This document shows positions 61,626 through 64,000 of a stretch of DNA of 64,000 bases, one piece after another. Both the position numbers and the translations under genes were made by a program. The stretch is from Malacoraja senta. Its lineage: Eukaryota. The notes under the pieces were generated by a model. The model ran no database searches. It worked only from the letters and a program-made list of their open reading frames with translations, and was not told where the DNA came from. Within the stretch, counting starts at the first letter, position 1; each line of letters opens with the position of its first letter. The DNA lies in contig CM075988.1 in the NCBI GenBank assembly GCA_038087875.1, positions 21,826,001 to 21,890,000 of the forward strand. The letters run 5' to 3'.

Positions 61626-64000
61626 TTACCCAGACACAATCTGAGGGGCAGACAATAGCAGGCACACAAACCAACCTCCCTTCCATTGACTCCATCTACA
61701 CTTCACGCTGCCTCGGCAAGGTCAGTAGCATAATCAAGGACCAGTCGTGCCCTTCCCACTCCCTCTTCTCCCCTCTCCCACCGGGCAAGATTGTACTAAA
61801 GTGTGAAAATGCACATTTCCAGATTCAGGGACAGCTTCTTCCCAGGCAATTCTCTTGAATCTTGAATCTTGAATCATCCTGCCACAAGCAGATAGCAGTG
61901 TTGAGCTATTATCTACCTCATTGGCGACCCTCGGTCTATCTTTAAGAAGGAAATTGCAGATGCTGGAAAAATCAAAGGCAGACAAAAATACTGGGGAAAC
62001 TCAGTGGGCGAGGCAGCATCTTTGGAGCGAAGGAATAGGTGACGTTTCGGGTCGTGATCCTTCTTCAGACTGATGTGGGGGTGGGGGGGGGGGGTGTGTG
62101 GGAAGAAGAATGGAAGAGGTGGAGATTTAAACCAGCATCTGCAGTTCTTTTCTACACACTAAAAGAGGTTCTATTTGGGAATACGGAAATGGCAGTAAAA
62201 TTGTACAAATACACTTTGACTGCATTTATGGAAGAAGGCACAGAACGCCTACAGGAGGAATACAGGTCTGCAGTTAATGAGGAGGTGAAAGGAATTAGTC
62301 TCAGTAAAAACTGGTATTTGATGGAGGAAGCCAAGCCCAGGATAAATCACGCCCTTTACAAAGTATATTCCAGTGAACTCAATGCCATTAATTCTTCTAC
62401 CTTCCTCGCCTGACTCCGTGTCATAAGATAGGTGTAATTAGCCTTGCGTTCCTCCTGCATGCCTTACCACACCCACATTTTTTCTGCCAACTGCAATGAC
62501 TTGGGCTTTCTTCTATCTATGACTGCACCTCCCTTTCTCCAACCGTACATCCTCTGTCTCTCCCTTACCGCTGCCCAAGTGGTTACAACTCTCCACACCG
62601 GTGGCGCAGCAGGTAGCCCTGCTGCCTCACAGAGCCAAAGACCCGGGTGTACAATCCTGACCACGGACGCTGTCCGTGTGGAGTTTGCACGCTCCCCCTG
62701 TGACCGTGTGGGTTTCCTCCGGTTTGCCCGTTTGCAGGTTAATTTTGCTTCTGCAAATTGCCCCCAAAACATAGGGGATTACCGTTAATGCGAAAGAGGG
62801 GTAACAAAGAACTCGTGTGAATAGATGATCGATCGGTGGTCAGCGTGGACTCGGGTTTCCACGCTGCATCTCCAAACGAAACTAAATTAAGCTAAATAAC
62901 CTTAGCATGGACAGTTAAAGCACAATATGCTGGGGTAACTCAGCGGGAGCCCCAAGATGTCCCATTTACACTAGTCCCACCTGCCTGCATTCGACCCACA
63001 GCTGACCAATCCTTTCCTATCCATGTACGTGTCTAAATATCTTTTAAATGATGTCATAGTACCCGGCTCAAGTAACTCCTCCTGCAGCTCGAAGCACAAC
63101 CACATCCATGGTATCACATCCATTGCTTTGATTTTTAACAATGTTCTTTCCATGCAAGAATTAAACACCTCTGTGAATTGTGCCCTATTAACATAAGCAA
63201 TTACCAAACTTTGCTCTCACACAAGGATTATTCTCTGAAAAATGGGAATTTGAGCCGAGAACAAACGTTCAAATTAACCAATCTGCAAAGCATTAACAAG
63301 TCATCTGCAGCCACTGGGATTTGGAAAGTCAGAACGTGATTATTCCTGACATTAATGGAAATGTTTCTGCAAATACTTTGCTTCCCTCTTCATTCTTTGT
63401 GTTACATGGAACAGTACATTGTGCGCAGGAAGGAACTGCAGATGCTGGTTTAAACCGAAGATAGACACAAAAAGCCCGGAGTAACTCAGCGGATCTGGAG
63501 AAAAGGAACAGGTAAATTACAGAAACATTACAGAGGTAATGTTTCGTGTTGTGACTCTTCTTTAGACCAGTACAGCACAGGAAGAGGCCATTCAGCCCAT
63601 AATGTCCGTGCCGAACATGTTGTAAAGTTAAGCTCGTCACCTCTTGCCTGCACATGGTCCACATCCCTTCACTTCCTGTAAGGAATGGACGGCAGACAGT
63701 GTGATTTGGTTCCACCGAGTTCAAGGAGTGTTCAGGAGCCTGTTGCAAGAGTTGAAGAATATTAGATTACTCCTAGATGCAAGAGTCGTCACGTTTCCAC
63801 CACCATCTTGAGCACCTTCATGTTCAGAGTGGTTAAACACTGTCTATTGAAGCCAGTCGTCGGGGGTTGGGGCTTTCCAATTGGGATCATTGAGGTCAAT
63901 GGAAGAATGTGCATGTGAACTGGCCCTCGTTGAAACCTCCAGGATGAGATCAAGAAAGGCATTAAGCGGTCTATCTCTGCGTGAATGTATAGTTCAAAAC

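Overview
Vertebrate, repeat-dominated DNA. The repeats (HE1/V-type tRNA SINEs, HER1/CR1 3' ends, Rex1/Babar, Penelope termini, PIF/Harbinger MITEs) point to a cartilaginous fish, probably a skate or ray; this is an inference. I found no host protein-coding exon. The ORF-track entries are LINE remnants or chance ORFs. Positions 2860-26972 recur almost exactly at 27173-51294 across a 200-N gap, most likely two haplotypes joined end to end (a false duplication). The best signal is RNA-structural. Two different short retroelements (23614-23803 minus, 24662-24802 plus) are flanked by target-site duplications (TSDs), end in (AAG)n tails, and each begins exactly at G1 of an HDV-like ribozyme fold. 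One has a P2/P3/L3 core close to the mammalian CPEB3 ribozyme as I recall it. A Vingi-type LINE 3' end with the same tail lies about 1 kb away. Also present: a complete 649-bp TRIM-like mini LTR element with a tRNA-Leu PBS, nested in a Harbinger MITE; many Penelope termini with minimal hammerhead motifs; an RTE-derived non-autonomous element; an isolated 40-bp inverted repeat; and several repeat-free islands that look like conserved non-coding elements.
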